Positions 31,501 to 41,450 of a stretch of DNA of 64,000 nucleotides are shown here, one piece after another. Under the pieces are notes generated by a model. That model had not been told where the DNA came from and ran no database searches. It worked only from the letters and a program-made list of their open reading frames with translations. Each line of letters starts with the position of its first letter. Position 1 is the first letter of the stretch. Made by a program: the position numbers and the translations under genes. Source of the stretch: an uncultured virus (IMG/VR IMGVR_UViG_3300049581_000068) (taxonomy: Duplodnaviria; Heunggongvirae; Uroviricota; Caudoviricetes); the IMG/VR virus record IMGVR_UViG_3300049581_000068; one strand, given 5' to 3'.

Positions 31501-34500
31501 TTTGGATCTGATCCCTTGGCTGCGATCCCTGGACTACTGCCAGTTGCACCATTGGTGATCTCGATATAGTTCACTGCGCTGGCCGTGGCAGGCAGACTCA
31601 AAATCGTCGCACCATTGACATCCAAGAGCGCCGTGCCGATCCGAGGACTGGTCAGAGTCTTCGATGTCAGCGTTTCGGTGCCACCCGGCGTGACGTAATC
31701 CGTCCCTGCGGTGGCTGTGGAAAGCACACCAGATGTCAGCTTGGCGATGCCTGTCCCTGTTGCTCGCTTGAGGGTCTTCCCCGCGGTGCCTGAGAACACG
31801 GCGACTTCACTGTCCACGGAGGTCGATGTGTTGGTTGAGGCGTCACCCCCACCACCGGCCGAATACTGCGGAATGTTCAGTACGCCGCCGACAAACGTTG
31901 CTGCACCCGATGTTCCGGTAGTGGTCAACGAGATCGGTGCTTGGTAGTCGGTGCCGGCAGTGGCGATCGACAGGACGCCGGTAGTGGTGGTGTTCTTCAC
32001 CAGGCCGGTAGCCAGCGCGCCGAGGAACTGTGCACCGGACAAGCCCGCATCGGCTGTCCCTTGTGCGATGAACTTGTTGGCGAACGCCACGTTGGCCGAG
32101 CCGTCAACCGAGTTGCCTGCAAGGTTGCGTGCCGTTGTCCACTTGGCGGCCGAGCCGGTGGTGTTCTGGTTGAACGTCGGGAAGGTGTTGCCCGCTCCGG
32201 TGAAGTCTTTATTGGTGAACGCTTCGGTACCTGCCAGCGTCGCCAGCGTGCCGGACACCGCGGGCAAGGTGTGCGCCCTGGTGGTACCCGTGGTTTGCCC
32301 AGCAGGTACCAGTAGGCTGAAACCCTTTGTCGTATCGGAAGAGTCGTAGATCGAGAACTTGTCGCTGCGCAATGCCACAAGGTTCGACGAATCGACCATC
32401 GTCTTGTTCGTGAAGGTTTCCGTGCCTGCGAGGGATGCCAGCGTACTCGACACGTCAGGCAGGGTGTGCGCTCGGGCCGTACCCGTGGTCTGCGAAGACG
32501 GCACCAAAAGGCTGAAACCCTTGGTGTTGTCCGCGGAGTCGTAGATTGAGAACCGATCTTCTTGGAACGCTGCCAGGTTGGTCGGCGAGTTGAACGTTTT
32601 GTTCGTGAACGACTGCGTGTCGGTGGTGCCGACAATCGCTCCCGAAGGTGCTGCGACAGTTGACAATACGCCCGAAGTCAATACGGCGATGCCACTGCCG
32701 GTGGCGCGCTTTATCAGCTTGCCGGTAGTGCTCGAGTAAACCGCGACCTCGGAATCGACCGACGAGGACGGTCCGATCACATCTCCGGTGCCGCCAGCGG
32801 TTACCGCCGCCCATGTGCCGTCGTCACGCAGGAACTTTGTGCCATTCGGTGTTCCCGTGATCGACAGCGCCGAGATAGGAATACTGCTGAAGGTGTTGGA
32901 ACCACCCGACATTGTCTTGTTGGTCAGGGTGTCGGTGGTGGCCCGGCCGACCAGCGTGTCTGTCGACGTCGGAAGCGTCAAGGTTCCGGTGTTGGTGATC
33001 GTCGAAATGACCGGTGCCGTAAGGGTTTTGTTTGTCAGCGTTTGCGTTCCGCTGATCGTGGCGACCTGACGGAAAGTACCGTCACCATTGTTGACGATGA
33101 CACCGCCGGTTCCCGATCCGGCGATAGCCAAGTCGCGGTTCGTATCGCCTACCACATACATACCAGGCGGCTGACCTGTGACGTTATTGTAGAAGCCGAA
33201 GCGGTTCACTGCGCTTGCGGTGGGCGCCAGTTCGACGATGCCGATACCGTTGGTGTCGAGGATCTGGTTGATCCGCGGCGATGTCAACGTCTTACTGGTG
33301 AGCGTCTGCGTATCGGTGGTGCCGACAATAGCGCCGCTGGGCGCAGCCACCGCCGACAGGACGCCCGAAGTCAGCTTGGCGATACCTGTGGCGGCCGCAC
33401 GCTTGATCGTCTTGCCATCTGTGCCGCTGAACAGCGCGACCTCGGAGTCCACCGCCGATGACTGGCCGACGACATTGGCGCCCGAGCCGATCCCTGCGAG
33501 TTTAGTGAACTGCGCTGGCGCCATCAACCCGGCATTGGTGCTATCGGCAAGGGGAATCGTTGCGTCTGAACCGGTGTCGGAAGTGATGATCACCGACGTC
33601 GGGCTCACGGTGGCGGCCAGGTTCGTCGCGCCACTGCCGCCGCCGGTGCCGAACGGCGACTCGTCCCAGGCCACGCCGTCCCACAGGATCATCTGACTGA
33701 GCGTGTAGTCGTAGTACCAGAACGGCGACGTGTAGGGACCGTAGTCCGGACGCTGTGATGTGGTGCCCACGAGCTCGGACGGTGGTGGCGTGATGACGAC
33801 ACCCTTGCGCGAGTCGCCCCCGCCGAGCCACTCGAAGCGATAGGCGACGCCCATCTGCGGTTCGATGATCCGCAGGGTGTTCGTCGTGCCGCACACGTAG
33901 TCGCCTGCCAGCATGCCGGCGAACTCGAAGGTCGGGTAGTGCAGCCGGTTTCGATAGCCTTGGTTGTAGACCGCGTAGGTGAACGCCGAGTATCCGGACT
34001 GTCGCTTGGACTGACCATTGAACTGGCAGTTGATGAAGTCGTTGGCGAGTGCGTTGGTCTGGCAATGCACTTGGTAGACAAGGTTTGTCGACCCATTGTT
34101 GGTGAAGTAGCAGGCGATGAACTTGTTATACCGCCCCTTCACCAAGTCCAAGCCCTTGGTCATGGTGCCGCGTTCGAACAGCATGCCGAAGAACTGATTC
34201 TGGCACGGGCCGAGATGAGCGAACGCCGCGTGGCTGTAGCCACTCAAGGTGTTGTCGTCGTCGAACACCATTGCCTTGGAGTTACTGTCGTCGATCTCGC
34301 AGGCGTTATTCCATGTGTTCGTTCCGGCGTCGTTGAGCACCGCCCATCCGACGTTGTTGCCGCGGGAGTGGCAGGCGTCGAACGCGCAGTTCTGCGAAGC
34401 ATCCAGCCGCCATCCCTGCCCGGCGATGTCGCGGGCTTCGAGGTTTCGGAATACGCGCATCACGCACACGTCGTCAAGTGCGAAGCCAAGTGTGGCAACG

Positions 34501-35729
34501 TCGTTGCCGTCGAGTGCGAACCCTTCGATACGCCCGTAACGGTCGCCCGCTCCGGTGGCGAGCACGCCGACCTTGAGCATTTGGATCGCCGACGTCGTGG
34601 AAATCACCGACATCGCCGGCCCGGCGCCGTACATGTTGCCGCCCTCTTGGACGATCAACTGCGCATTGATCGGGAAGTCCCCTTCAGGGACGAAGGTGAT
34701 CGCGCACTCGTTGAGGCACTGCTGGATCGCCGTGGTGTTGTTGGTGGCATTGCCCCCGGCAGCCGCACCGTATTCGGTGATGACGCCGAAGACGTTGATG
34801 AATCCGCCGCCGCTCGAGGCCACGCTGTCGACATAGGCTTTGACGGCGTTCGAGGTTGGGATCGTGCTGTCGTTGATGTTGGCTGGAATGCCCTCAGCAG
34901 CGGTGACCAGCGTGGCCGCAGAGAAGCTGGCCGACGTGACCGATCCAGCGGTGGGAATGCGCGTATCGGAGAGTCGAGAGTCGTTGCCTGCAGCCGCGGT
35001 GGTGCTCGTTGTGCCCAGCGTCAGGCTTGAGGTACCGGCGCCGATCAGTGCCCGAGCGGCCGCCGCAGTCCCGGCGGTCAGCAATCCGCGGCCGACTACA
35101 GAGGCGTCGCTGATGTCGATGGATGCGGGAGCCCAGTTGCCCGCCTTGGCCGTTGTGCTTGTGGTGCCCAACGACAGGCTCGAGGTACCGGCGCCGATCA
35201 CTGCACGTGCCAATGCCTGTGTCGCGCCGGCGGCGATGACATTGGGCTTGCCGGTGATGTCGTCCCAGGCAACCGATCCACCGCCGGAACCGCCGCCGCC
35301 CACCGGTGTCCCGTGAACGGGGGTGTTGGGAACCGGAACCTCATCTTTCAGATTGGTGGTCGCGCCGTCAGCCTTGGCGTCGATCCACCACGACCGCATG
35401 TTGCCGCCGTCCAGCGGGGGGATCACGCTGGACTTCAGGTTGATTCGAACCTGCCACTGGATCCCTTGCACATTCAGGCCGGGATCTTCGGCTAGCAGAA
35501 GTACGGCGTCACCTTCTTCGGTGACGATGTTGCCGTCCGAGTCGACGTAAGCGTAGATGGGCTCGCCCATCCGGTACATCGTGTTGTCGTAGGTGATGAA
35601 GTGATCAGGCGGAATGTTGGCGCGGAACTCGAGGCGCGCGCGGTCAAGCGCGGCCTCGCTCAACTCGCTTCCGTCAGACCCGAGAATCTCTTTCAGATTG
35701 CCGGTGACGGTGAAGCTGGGAAGTGCCAT
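28599..35729 (-). CDS. Giant tail fibre/spike (2376 aa) with pectate-lyase-like beta-helix and internal repeats
   Basis: INV...EYGAAAGG...NNTTAIQQCLN...FVPEGDF; four SVDSE-type repeats; many TQTLTNKT motifs. Confidence 0.85.
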   Translation of the reverse strand: MALPSFTVTGNLKEILGSDGSELSEAALDRARLEFRANIPPDHFITYDNTMYRMGEPIYAYVDSDGNIVTEEGDAVLLLAEDPGLNVQGIQWQVRINLKSSVIPPLDGGNMRSWWIDAKADGATTNLKDEVPVPNTPVHGTPVGGGGSGGGSVAWDDITGKPNVIAAGATQALARAVIGAGTSSLSLGTTSTTAKAGNWAPASIDISDASVVGRGLLTAGTAAAARALIGAGTSSLTLGTTSTTAAAGNDSRLSDTRIPTAGSVTSASFSAATLVTAAEGIPANINDSTIPTSNAVKAYVDSVASSGGGFINVFGVITEYGAAAGGNATNNTTAIQQCLNECAITFVPEGDFPINAQLIVQEGGNMYGAGPAMSVISTTSAIQMLKVGVLATGAGDRYGRIEGFALDGNDVATLGFALDDVCVMRVFRNLEARDIAGQGWRLDASQNCAFDACHSRGNNVGWAVLNDAGTNTWNNACEIDDSNSKAMVFDDDNTLSGYSHAAFAHLGPCQNQFFGMLFERGTMTKGLDLVKGRYNKFIACYFTNNGSTNLVYQVHCQTNALANDFINCQFNGQSKRQSGYSAFTYAVYNQGYRNRLHYPTFEFAGMLAGDYVCGTTNTLRIIEPQMGVAYRFEWLGGGDSRKGVVITPPPSELVGTTSQRPDYGPYTSPFWYYDYTLSQMILWDGVAWDESPFGTGGGSGATNLAATVSPTSVIITSDTGSDATIPLADSTNAGLMAPAQFTKLAGIGSGANVVGQSSAVDSEVALFSGTDGKTIKRAAATGIAKLTSGVLSAVAAPSGAIVGTTDTQTLTSKTLTSPRINQILDTNGIGIVELAPTASAVNRFGFYNNVTGQPPGMYVVGDTNRDLAIAGSGTGGVIVNNGDGTFRQVATISGTQTLTNKTLTAPVISTITNTGTLTLPTSTDTLVGRATTDTLTNKTMSGGSNTFSSIPISALSITGTPNGTKFLRDDGTWAAVTAGGTGDVIGPSSSVDSEVAVYSSTTGKLIKRATGSGIAVLTSGVLSTVAAPSGAIVGTTDTQSFTNKTFNSPTNLAAFQEDRFSIYDSADNTKGFSLLVPSSQTTGTARAHTLPDVSSTLASLAGTETFTNKTMVDSSNLVALRSDKFSIYDSSDTTKGFSLLVPAGQTTGTTRAHTLPAVSGTLATLAGTEAFTNKDFTGAGNTFPTFNQNTTGSAAKWTTARNLAGNSVDGSANVAFANKFIAQGTADAGLSGAQFLGALATGLVKNTTTTGVLSIATAGTDYQAPISLTTTGTSGAATFVGGVLNIPQYSAGGGGDASTNTSTSVDSEVAVFSGTAGKTLKRATGTGIAKLTSGVLSTATAGTDYVTPGGTETLTSKTLTSPRIGTALLDVNGATILSLPATASAVNYIEITNGATGSSPGIAAKGSDPNLPLFLTPKGTSSVAIRDGSDTSKSLRFNVSGVSTATARTWTVPDADLTVVGTTTTQTLTNKTLSAAALTGVAVGAQSSTLEFHNQADQTTNYERARMYWSSNVFNLNIENGGTGTLRALQLGIGSKNLLIGGASAWFDVTCATGSSTAPMLRLNGSQTQSSGLATGISISPTINQTSTAGYTAALVNVTESTTGSGAKNLLDLQVGSSSKFKVDNTGAVTLANIGSISTSMPSNTAVVPPNASGTGQNMFTSASASKNLWHDLLRFNYMWGTPTFETYTGSWASDTLNTAVFSGNQFNNIAIVDGTTKTAARWTWNNSNIAFSYSQWWLIGFAYAGVTTPAHTVLIESSADGSSWTTRTNVSGVAANGDPGPVFFWQPYHSGHTYMRLTITSTNGVSINLAAIQAMSPRWGNQGGGAEYELPYAWDINRRITLNATGLPVARSNGVLNIGGTSPSTAAEGIYFGTDTNLYRSAADTLKTDDTLIVGTAGTAAGSVATIDGTQTLTAKTLTNPRMNQINDTNGNQILGLIAVASAVNRFQLNNQATGGTPVLQVVGSDTDVSMSLRAAGAGKIRIQDGANTSKVVTLDVTGVTATRNWAWPDASDTYVGLTTTQTITNKTISGSSNTLSNIAISSLSITGTPDGTKFLRDDGSWQTVAGGGGGDASTNTSSSVDSEIALFSGTGGKTLKRMTGSGIVKVTSGVASTATGGTDYVAPGGALGTPSSGTLTNCTGLPVSGITASTSTALGVGSIELGHASDTTVSRAAAGRLAVEGVNVVTISSTDTLTNKTITSGKFNQLLDTNGVGIFELTPTASAVNRWGTYNAATGNAPGLYVVGDTNRDGLIVAAGTGSIQIPALKTQVIKETRVPLGTKTTTATVDASQGSIFTITLTASTACAVTVTNLAADQTIEIRFTQASGAGGGTFSISGVSWDYSGAPVMTPVAGKVDRVFLTSDGTTVFGAYNQGY

Positions 35730-35772
35730 GCGGGGTGCCCTGTTCTCGTCGACTCGACCTTCAGCGTACTGC

Positions 35773-36075
35773 TCAGCCGAACAATTGCTGGAACTTCTCG
35801 CGCGTCATCAACACGCCGTTGCCGATGGACATCAGCTCGTCACCGATCTGGATATTGACCGTCTCACCAGCCTTTTCCAGCACGGCCGAGTAGGCATCGG
35901 GTAGCGCTGAGGTTCGGGTGATGACTGGCAGCCCGTTGACGGTCGGTGTGCCGTAAACGATCTTGCCTTTCCACCCGTTGTCGTTCATCGTGAAGAACGC
36001 CGACATCAGGGTTTCCCGATCGGTGATCGGATAAGGCGTTACGTCGAGCTGGCTTTCGGGCTCGGGTGTAGTCAT
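35773..36075 (-). CDS. Hypothetical protein
   Basis: MTTPEPE start with AGGAG RBS. Confidence 0.6.
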   Translation of the reverse strand: MTTPEPESQLDVTPYPITDRETLMSAFFTMNDNGWKGKIVYGTPTVNGLPVITRTSALPDAYSAVLEKAGETVNIQIGDELMSIGNGVLMTREKFQQLFG

Positions 36076-36089
36076 GTCTCTCCTACCTA

Positions 36090-37196
36090 CTAGGGACCGC
36101 TTGGGGCAATGTCGGCCCAAGTCAGCGTATCGATGTCACCGGGGATGGCCTGAGCTCCAAAGAAGTTGTCGGCGCCCGCGCCGAACGCCGGCGTCCGACA
36201 TGCCGATGTCAGAAGCACGCTGGCGGCCGGATAGGAAACCGTGAGGTCCACAGTCCCCGTGTAGAGAGGGGTGCCGTTCTTCTTGATGTTGGTGTACCAG
36301 TCGTTCGTGCCGACCGGAACGCCGGGCGCCCCGACTTCCAGTTCGAACAGTTCCGGACCTTTCGATGGCACGCTCATCGTGGCGATGATGTGCGGCGTGC
36401 CCGACAGGTAGAAGCCGAACACCGCCGTGGCGTTGAAGAACTGGACGAACTGGAAGGTGGCGCCGTCTGCTGAGACTCGCGCCATCACCATGACATTGGT
36501 GTCGCCGCTACCGCCGACCGGCGCAATTGTCTTCATCGCCGAGCGTTGCGACGAGGTGTTGAGCAGCGCGCCCTGGCGCAGGTTGATGATCTGTTGGTCG
36601 GTGCCGAAGCTCCCGTAGAAGTGCCCGTATCCGTTGCGGCGCCCGTAGGTTCCGGTCGAGCCGCCCACGTTGAACTGCAAGTATTCCGGTGCCAGCGTGG
36701 TCGAATTGGCCTCAGTGAAATCCTCGGTCACCACCGCGCCGCCATAGACTTGGCCGTCGACGGCGGCCTTGAGAAGCTGAACCTCTGAAAGCGCGGTGTC
36801 ACCGGTGGTCTGTGCTACCGACGTGGTGTCTTTCAGTAGGCCGAACATGTTGGCGAGATCCTGCACGGCGTCGCCCAGCGGCGGGCCGATGATGGGGATC
36901 GAATTCAACACGGTGACAAGAATGTTCACCAATGCCGTCAGCGGTTCCTTGATTTGGGCCGGCAGGGACACCGACACCCATGAGACGAGCTGGCTGAACG
37001 CTGAGATGCCGGGAGCGAACACACCGGTGAGTGCCTGCACGACGATCTGCAGGATCGACTCGATGAGCTTGTTGCGAAGCCCAGTGCGGGTGTTCTCGTC
37101 GAGCCCGGTGACGCTGGTCGACTTGCGGTCGTTGTGGACCTGCTTGGCGAACGGCGACTGATTCGGGTCGTTCGGATTTGGCGTTGCCGGACTCAT
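36090..37196 (-). CDS. Minor tail protein
   Basis: Synteny; helical N-terminus and beta-rich C-terminus. Confidence 0.8.
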   Translation of the reverse strand: MSPATPNPNDPNQSPFAKQVHNDRKSTSVTGLDENTRTGLRNKLIESILQIVVQALTGVFAPGISAFSQLVSWVSVSLPAQIKEPLTALVNILVTVLNSIPIIGPPLGDAVQDLANMFGLLKDTTSVAQTTGDTALSEVQLLKAAVDGQVYGGAVVTEDFTEANSTTLAPEYLQFNVGGSTGTYGRRNGYGHFYGSFGTDQQIINLRQGALLNTSSQRSAMKTIAPVGGSGDTNVMVMARVSADGATFQFVQFFNATAVFGFYLSGTPHIIATMSVPSKGPELFELEVGAPGVPVGTNDWYTNIKKNGTPLYTGTVDLTVSYPAASVLLTSACRTPAFGAGADNFFGAQAIPGDIDTLTWADIAPSGP

Positions 37197-38053
37197 AGGA
37201 CCGGTGCGACCTTCACCTTGAAGATCGACGTGCTCGACGACGTGGTGAATGTGTTGGCGCCGGTACGCCGCTCACCGCGAACCCAAATCGTCGCCGTGTT
37301 ACCCGCCAACACCTTGTCGTACGTGGACAGGCTGTTGGGCGGCGGGCAGCTCGAGAACACCGTCGCGATCGCCGCGGCGTTGGTGCCGATCGGGCCGAAG
37401 CCGCGACCGATGATCGGCCCGGCTGTCTCGCCGTTGACCGTGCCGGTGGTTTGTAGCCGCGCCACCAGATCCACACCGACGTCGGCGCCGGTTCCGGTGA
37501 AGATGGTCTGCCCTTCGATCTCGGGACGCCAGTCGAATGGCTGGGCGTCCACTGGGATCTGGCACAGCGTGTAGGCCGCGTTGCCGCTCGGGGCGTTGGC
37601 GATGCCCGCAGGTAGGTAGCGATCGCCAATCGGCGGTGCGAACAGTTCGAATCCCGACAGGTCGGACTTCACCCGCAGCAGTCGTCCGGCTACCGCCGTG
37701 CCGTAGTCCGATGGAGTCAGCACCGTGTCGCCGGGGTCGCCCTTGGCGCCGCGCTTGATCGTCAAGCTCATTTGCTTGACGCCGGGCGCGATCTCGGTGA
37801 ACGACGCTGATTCCGGTGTTGGATCGTCGTAGTCGATGAACGTCGTGATGATCTCGTCGTCGATGGTGTCGCTGTCGCCGGGGTCGCCCTTGACCAACGC
37901 GGGAATGTTGCCCAGGCCGCCATCGGGCGCGGCGACCGCGATGAACATGTTGCTTGAGGGGTCCCAGTCCAGCGGAATGCGGAACTTCGCCACGTCGATG
38001 ACAAGGAACGGCTTGCCGTCGATTGTCGTTGTGTTCCAATTGGTTACCGGCAT
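37193..38053 (-). CDS. Minor tail protein
   Basis: Synteny; short collagen-like KGDPGD motifs. Confidence 0.8.
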   Translation of the reverse strand: MPVTNWNTTTIDGKPFLVIDVAKFRIPLDWDPSSNMFIAVAAPDGGLGNIPALVKGDPGDSDTIDDEIITTFIDYDDPTPESASFTEIAPGVKQMSLTIKRGAKGDPGDTVLTPSDYGTAVAGRLLRVKSDLSGFELFAPPIGDRYLPAGIANAPSGNAAYTLCQIPVDAQPFDWRPEIEGQTIFTGTGADVGVDLVARLQTTGTVNGETAGPIIGRGFGPIGTNAAAIATVFSSCPPPNSLSTYDKVLAGNTATIWVRGERRTGANTFTTSSSTSIFKVKVAPVL

Positions 38054-39780
38054 CAGGCCAAACCTCCACTTTGCGGTGCCAGGGTCAAGACGTTGTAGGA
38101 CTCGAGCAACCCGGTGATGAAACGCTGGTGCTTCGCCAGCGGCGCCTCTTCAGCCTTGCCGTCGCCGATCTGGACGATAATATCGCGCTCTGTCGGAGTG
38201 ATTCGGAACAGAACGTTTTCGATGTAGTCGGTGAATATCTTCTTCCGACCCATGTAGAGGATCGACATGAGTCCACCGCGGAAAACGTCTTTCCCGTAGG
38301 TGTAAACTTCGCCATTCTTGAAGGTGGCAATTGCGCTGACGTACCCGCGGGTGTCCCACAATTTGTTGATAAAGGCAAATAGTGTTTCGATATTGTACGG
38401 CGCTGATTGGGTAGCCGTGAATGTTTCCACGCCGGGATGGTACGGGCCGACAGCGTTGCGTCGATCGTAGTGCTGGACCTGCTGAAATGCTAGGAATGCG
38501 TCGTTGAGGAATCCCTCAAGCAAATTCGAAGGAATGCCCGTAAATCCAATAAGAATGGAAATGGAATCGATCAGCCAGGCAAACGTTGCATTCAGAAAAT
38601 CGTTAAGCCATTTCGGACTTTTGCCACCGATAATATGGGTGTGACCTGCAGGCGTGTGGAAGCTCAATTTGCATGTGGCAATCGAGCCTTTCTCGCCTTT
38701 CTCCGGTGCGACCAGAACAGCCCAGGGTTCGACGAAATTGACGCCCAATGTCGGCGCGATGAACACGTCCTCGGGAGCGTACTTGCCCTCGGGATTCAGC
38801 AGCGGTGCCAACGCATTGCCCAACAACGAACCCTGCACGTCTACCACTGTGCGGATCACCGAATCCAGCACGGTCTTCGTCGGACCTTCGATCTGGCTGC
38901 GATCCTTGGCCGTGAACACATAGGTCGGTTGCGTGAGGTTGGCCCACTCGTCGGGCTGGTCGTCGTCGACGTCTTTGCCGTTGAGCCCCGCGGGCAGCCA
39001 CAGGTCCATCCGGACGTCCACGCCATACGCCTTGGTGATGTCGGTGATGACTGTGCCGCACGACTCCATCCGGACGGTGCGGGCGACCAACGGGCTGGTG
39101 TCCAGCAACGGGTTGGTGTGCACCACGTAGACCGGAGTCTTGAGCATCTGGAAGATGTTGCCGTTGGATTGCAGCAGCGTGCCGAACCATGTTCGGAAGT
39201 CCGGATTGAGCGAGCCGGCGTTGTTGATGAAGTCCCACAGCCCTGACTGCAGACGCATCGCGCACTCGCTGACCATGACCTCGAGCACCGTGCACAGAGC
39301 CCAGATGAACACCGCATGCGAAGGGATCTGAACCTGCAGTGGCAGAAGGAAATTCGGCCAAATCTGCATGTAGTTGAGAATGTCCCAGATGCCCAGCAGG
39401 TTGAGGGTGCCAACCCATCCGTTCTCGGTGTACTCGTAGTCGAACGTCTTGACATAGAACGGCAGCCTCAGCCCCGCGGTCTGCACGGTGATGCCGACCA
39501 GGGTGTCGGTGCACAGCATCAGGGCTTCGATGTGTTGCGAGTCGCCCTTGACCTTGATCGTCGCCGAGGGCAAGTTGTTGCGCGGATCGGTACCCGACAT
39601 CTCGATCATGTCTTCGCCGAGCTCGCCGATGGGATTCCAGAACTTGTCGTGCAGGGTGACGATCCACTCTTTGTCGAGCGGACTGGTGTTGTTAGCCAGT
39701 CTCTCCGCGGCCATCGCCGCGGTCATGGCGTCACCCTCGGTGAGCTGCTGTCCCAATAGGGCCGTGTCCATGGTCAGCAT
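38053..39780 (-). CDS. Minor tail protein (baseplate hub-like)
   Basis: Second gene after tape measure; VTLHDKFW...IVQIGD pattern. Confidence 0.85.
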   Translation of the reverse strand: MLTMDTALLGQQLTEGDAMTAAMAAERLANNTSPLDKEWIVTLHDKFWNPIGELGEDMIEMSGTDPRNNLPSATIKVKGDSQHIEALMLCTDTLVGITVQTAGLRLPFYVKTFDYEYTENGWVGTLNLLGIWDILNYMQIWPNFLLPLQVQIPSHAVFIWALCTVLEVMVSECAMRLQSGLWDFINNAGSLNPDFRTWFGTLLQSNGNIFQMLKTPVYVVHTNPLLDTSPLVARTVRMESCGTVITDITKAYGVDVRMDLWLPAGLNGKDVDDDQPDEWANLTQPTYVFTAKDRSQIEGPTKTVLDSVIRTVVDVQGSLLGNALAPLLNPEGKYAPEDVFIAPTLGVNFVEPWAVLVAPEKGEKGSIATCKLSFHTPAGHTHIIGGKSPKWLNDFLNATFAWLIDSISILIGFTGIPSNLLEGFLNDAFLAFQQVQHYDRRNAVGPYHPGVETFTATQSAPYNIETLFAFINKLWDTRGYVSAIATFKNGEVYTYGKDVFRGGLMSILYMGRKKIFTDYIENVLFRITPTERDIIVQIGDGKAEEAPLAKHQRFITGLLESYNVLTLAPQSGGLA

Positions 39781-41450
39781 CAGTACGGCATCCTTCGCAG
39801 AGGCGTGCCTGCTGCTAGAATCTTCGAATCCGCTGTGCCGTTGTCGATTTCGACCTTGATGTGCATGGGCTCGGCAGGCTTGCCTGGCGACTTCGGCGGC
39901 AGGGGAACACTGAATCGGCCCTTGAGCAGTGAGTAGGGATTACCCTGCGGTGGCCGAATCCCGAACAGAGACTTGATCTCTTCGGCCAGGGGTGTGGCGT
40001 TGTTGCCGACCGCGAAGCTGAGGAAATCGGACAGGGCTTTCTGAAAGAACGTGAGCTGCTGCGGGGTGGGCGGGGTTTGCGTCAGGTCGTCGACACCGCG
40101 CTTGCCCGGCTTGGTGCGGATGTACATGATCTGACCCGGCAGCAGCGGACCGAACTCCACGTATTCGTTGGCGCCGGCATTGGGGCCGTTCCAGAATCGG
40201 AAGGTGCCCGGCCCGAAGCAGGTGAAGTTGATCCACATGTCCTGATCGCCGACGTTGAACAGGTCGACGAATCCGGACTGCTTGACGGCGTTGTTATCCC
40301 CGGCTTTCCAATCGCGGATCGCCAATGGGCTCAGTGAGCCATCCGCGCGCATACCGACGCCAGCCGAGCGGTTCGACGTTCCCAGCGGGGATCCGGTGCC
40401 GGTTTCCTTGACCGTCATAATGGTGGATCGGCCGCGCTGGATCACGAATGTCCGTGCGTCGGTGTCATTGCCGGGAATGAGACGCCACTTCTCACCGGGC
40501 AGTGGCGGGACAATCAGGATGCGTTCGCGCAGAACGGTTTCCGCGCTGCCGACGAAGTACGAAAGCCTGATCTTGTGCCGGTACAGTCGCAGACGAAGAC
40601 CGCTGGTTCCCGGCGTGCCGGTGTTGTTCAGCCGCGCCCACAGGTCTTCGTAGGCATCGGTCGGGTGATACCACAACTGGCTGTAGGTGCCCAGTTGCAT
40701 CTCGACGACCTGATTGTCCGTGGTCGACGTGTAGCCGTTTTTGCGCGCCACCATCGTTCGACCGTTCAGCAAGGTCGGGGTGATCTCGCCGTTCTCGATG
40801 TGCACACCGCCGGCGCCCGCGCCGGTGACCGACGTCGTCCAGCCCGACCCCAGGTCATCGGGGTCGTCGAAGTCGAACGCGTCCGATGTCGCGGCGAAGG
40901 TGAAACTGAATTCGTCGATGGTCGGATACGACTCCCAGAAGCCGGTGTCGGCGCGCAACCTCAAGCCGACGTTCTCGGTTGACTTGTTGATGGCGCCGAT
41001 CGAATCGGCCGGTGCCTGAAGCCATCGAACCTTCGACCACCAGCGGCCCAATTCCTGTGTGAACCAAAACAGTTCAGCTTCCCGTTTGACGTCCAGTGAG
41101 TCGTAGAGGTAACGCCCGACGCGCCGGCAGTCGGCGGGATCCTTGCCGCGGATACGAACGCCCAGCTCGACCTCGATGGCGTCGTACAGTGCGTCGACGA
41201 ATGAGACGCCGTCCTGCGTGGCGCCTTTCTGATCGATGGTTCGCCACGGCGGGATCAACCCCTTGAGGTCTTTGATCTCCACGCGACCGGGCGCGACCGC
41301 ACGATCGGCGATCGATAGGCCGCCGAGCATGTGGAACACCACCGTGCCGTCGTAGGACAGCAGGCCCATCTGCGGAATACGGTTGTGCAGAATGTGATAC
41401 GCCCCATGCGGGGTGATCGGTCCTGCCGGGAACCGTACGAGCGGTGGCAT
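39780..41450 (-). CDS. Minor tail protein (distal tail, Dit-like)
   Basis: First gene after tape measure; QKGATQDG, ends PLRRMPY. Confidence 0.85.
   Translation of the reverse strand: MPPLVRFPAGPITPHGAYHILHNRIPQMGLLSYDGTVVFHMLGGLSIADRAVAPGRVEIKDLKGLIPPWRTIDQKGATQDGVSFVDALYDAIEVELGVRIRGKDPADCRRVGRYLYDSLDVKREAELFWFTQELGRWWSKVRWLQAPADSIGAINKSTENVGLRLRADTGFWESYPTIDEFSFTFAATSDAFDFDDPDDLGSGWTTSVTGAGAGGVHIENGEITPTLLNGRTMVARKNGYTSTTDNQVVEMQLGTYSQLWYHPTDAYEDLWARLNNTGTPGTSGLRLRLYRHKIRLSYFVGSAETVLRERILIVPPLPGEKWRLIPGNDTDARTFVIQRGRSTIMTVKETGTGSPLGTSNRSAGVGMRADGSLSPLAIRDWKAGDNNAVKQSGFVDLFNVGDQDMWINFTCFGPGTFRFWNGPNAGANEYVEFGPLLPGQIMYIRTKPGKRGVDDLTQTPPTPQQLTFFQKALSDFLSFAVGNNATPLAEEIKSLFGIRPPQGNPYSLLKGRFSVPLPPKSPGKPAEPMHIKVEIDNGTADSKILAAGTPLRRMPY

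Noticed and set aside
28599..35729. Fibre repeats as diversity-generating retroelement TR/VR
   Set aside because: No reverse transcriptase in the window; repeats are in-frame protein modules diverged at synonymous sites rather than adenine-specific
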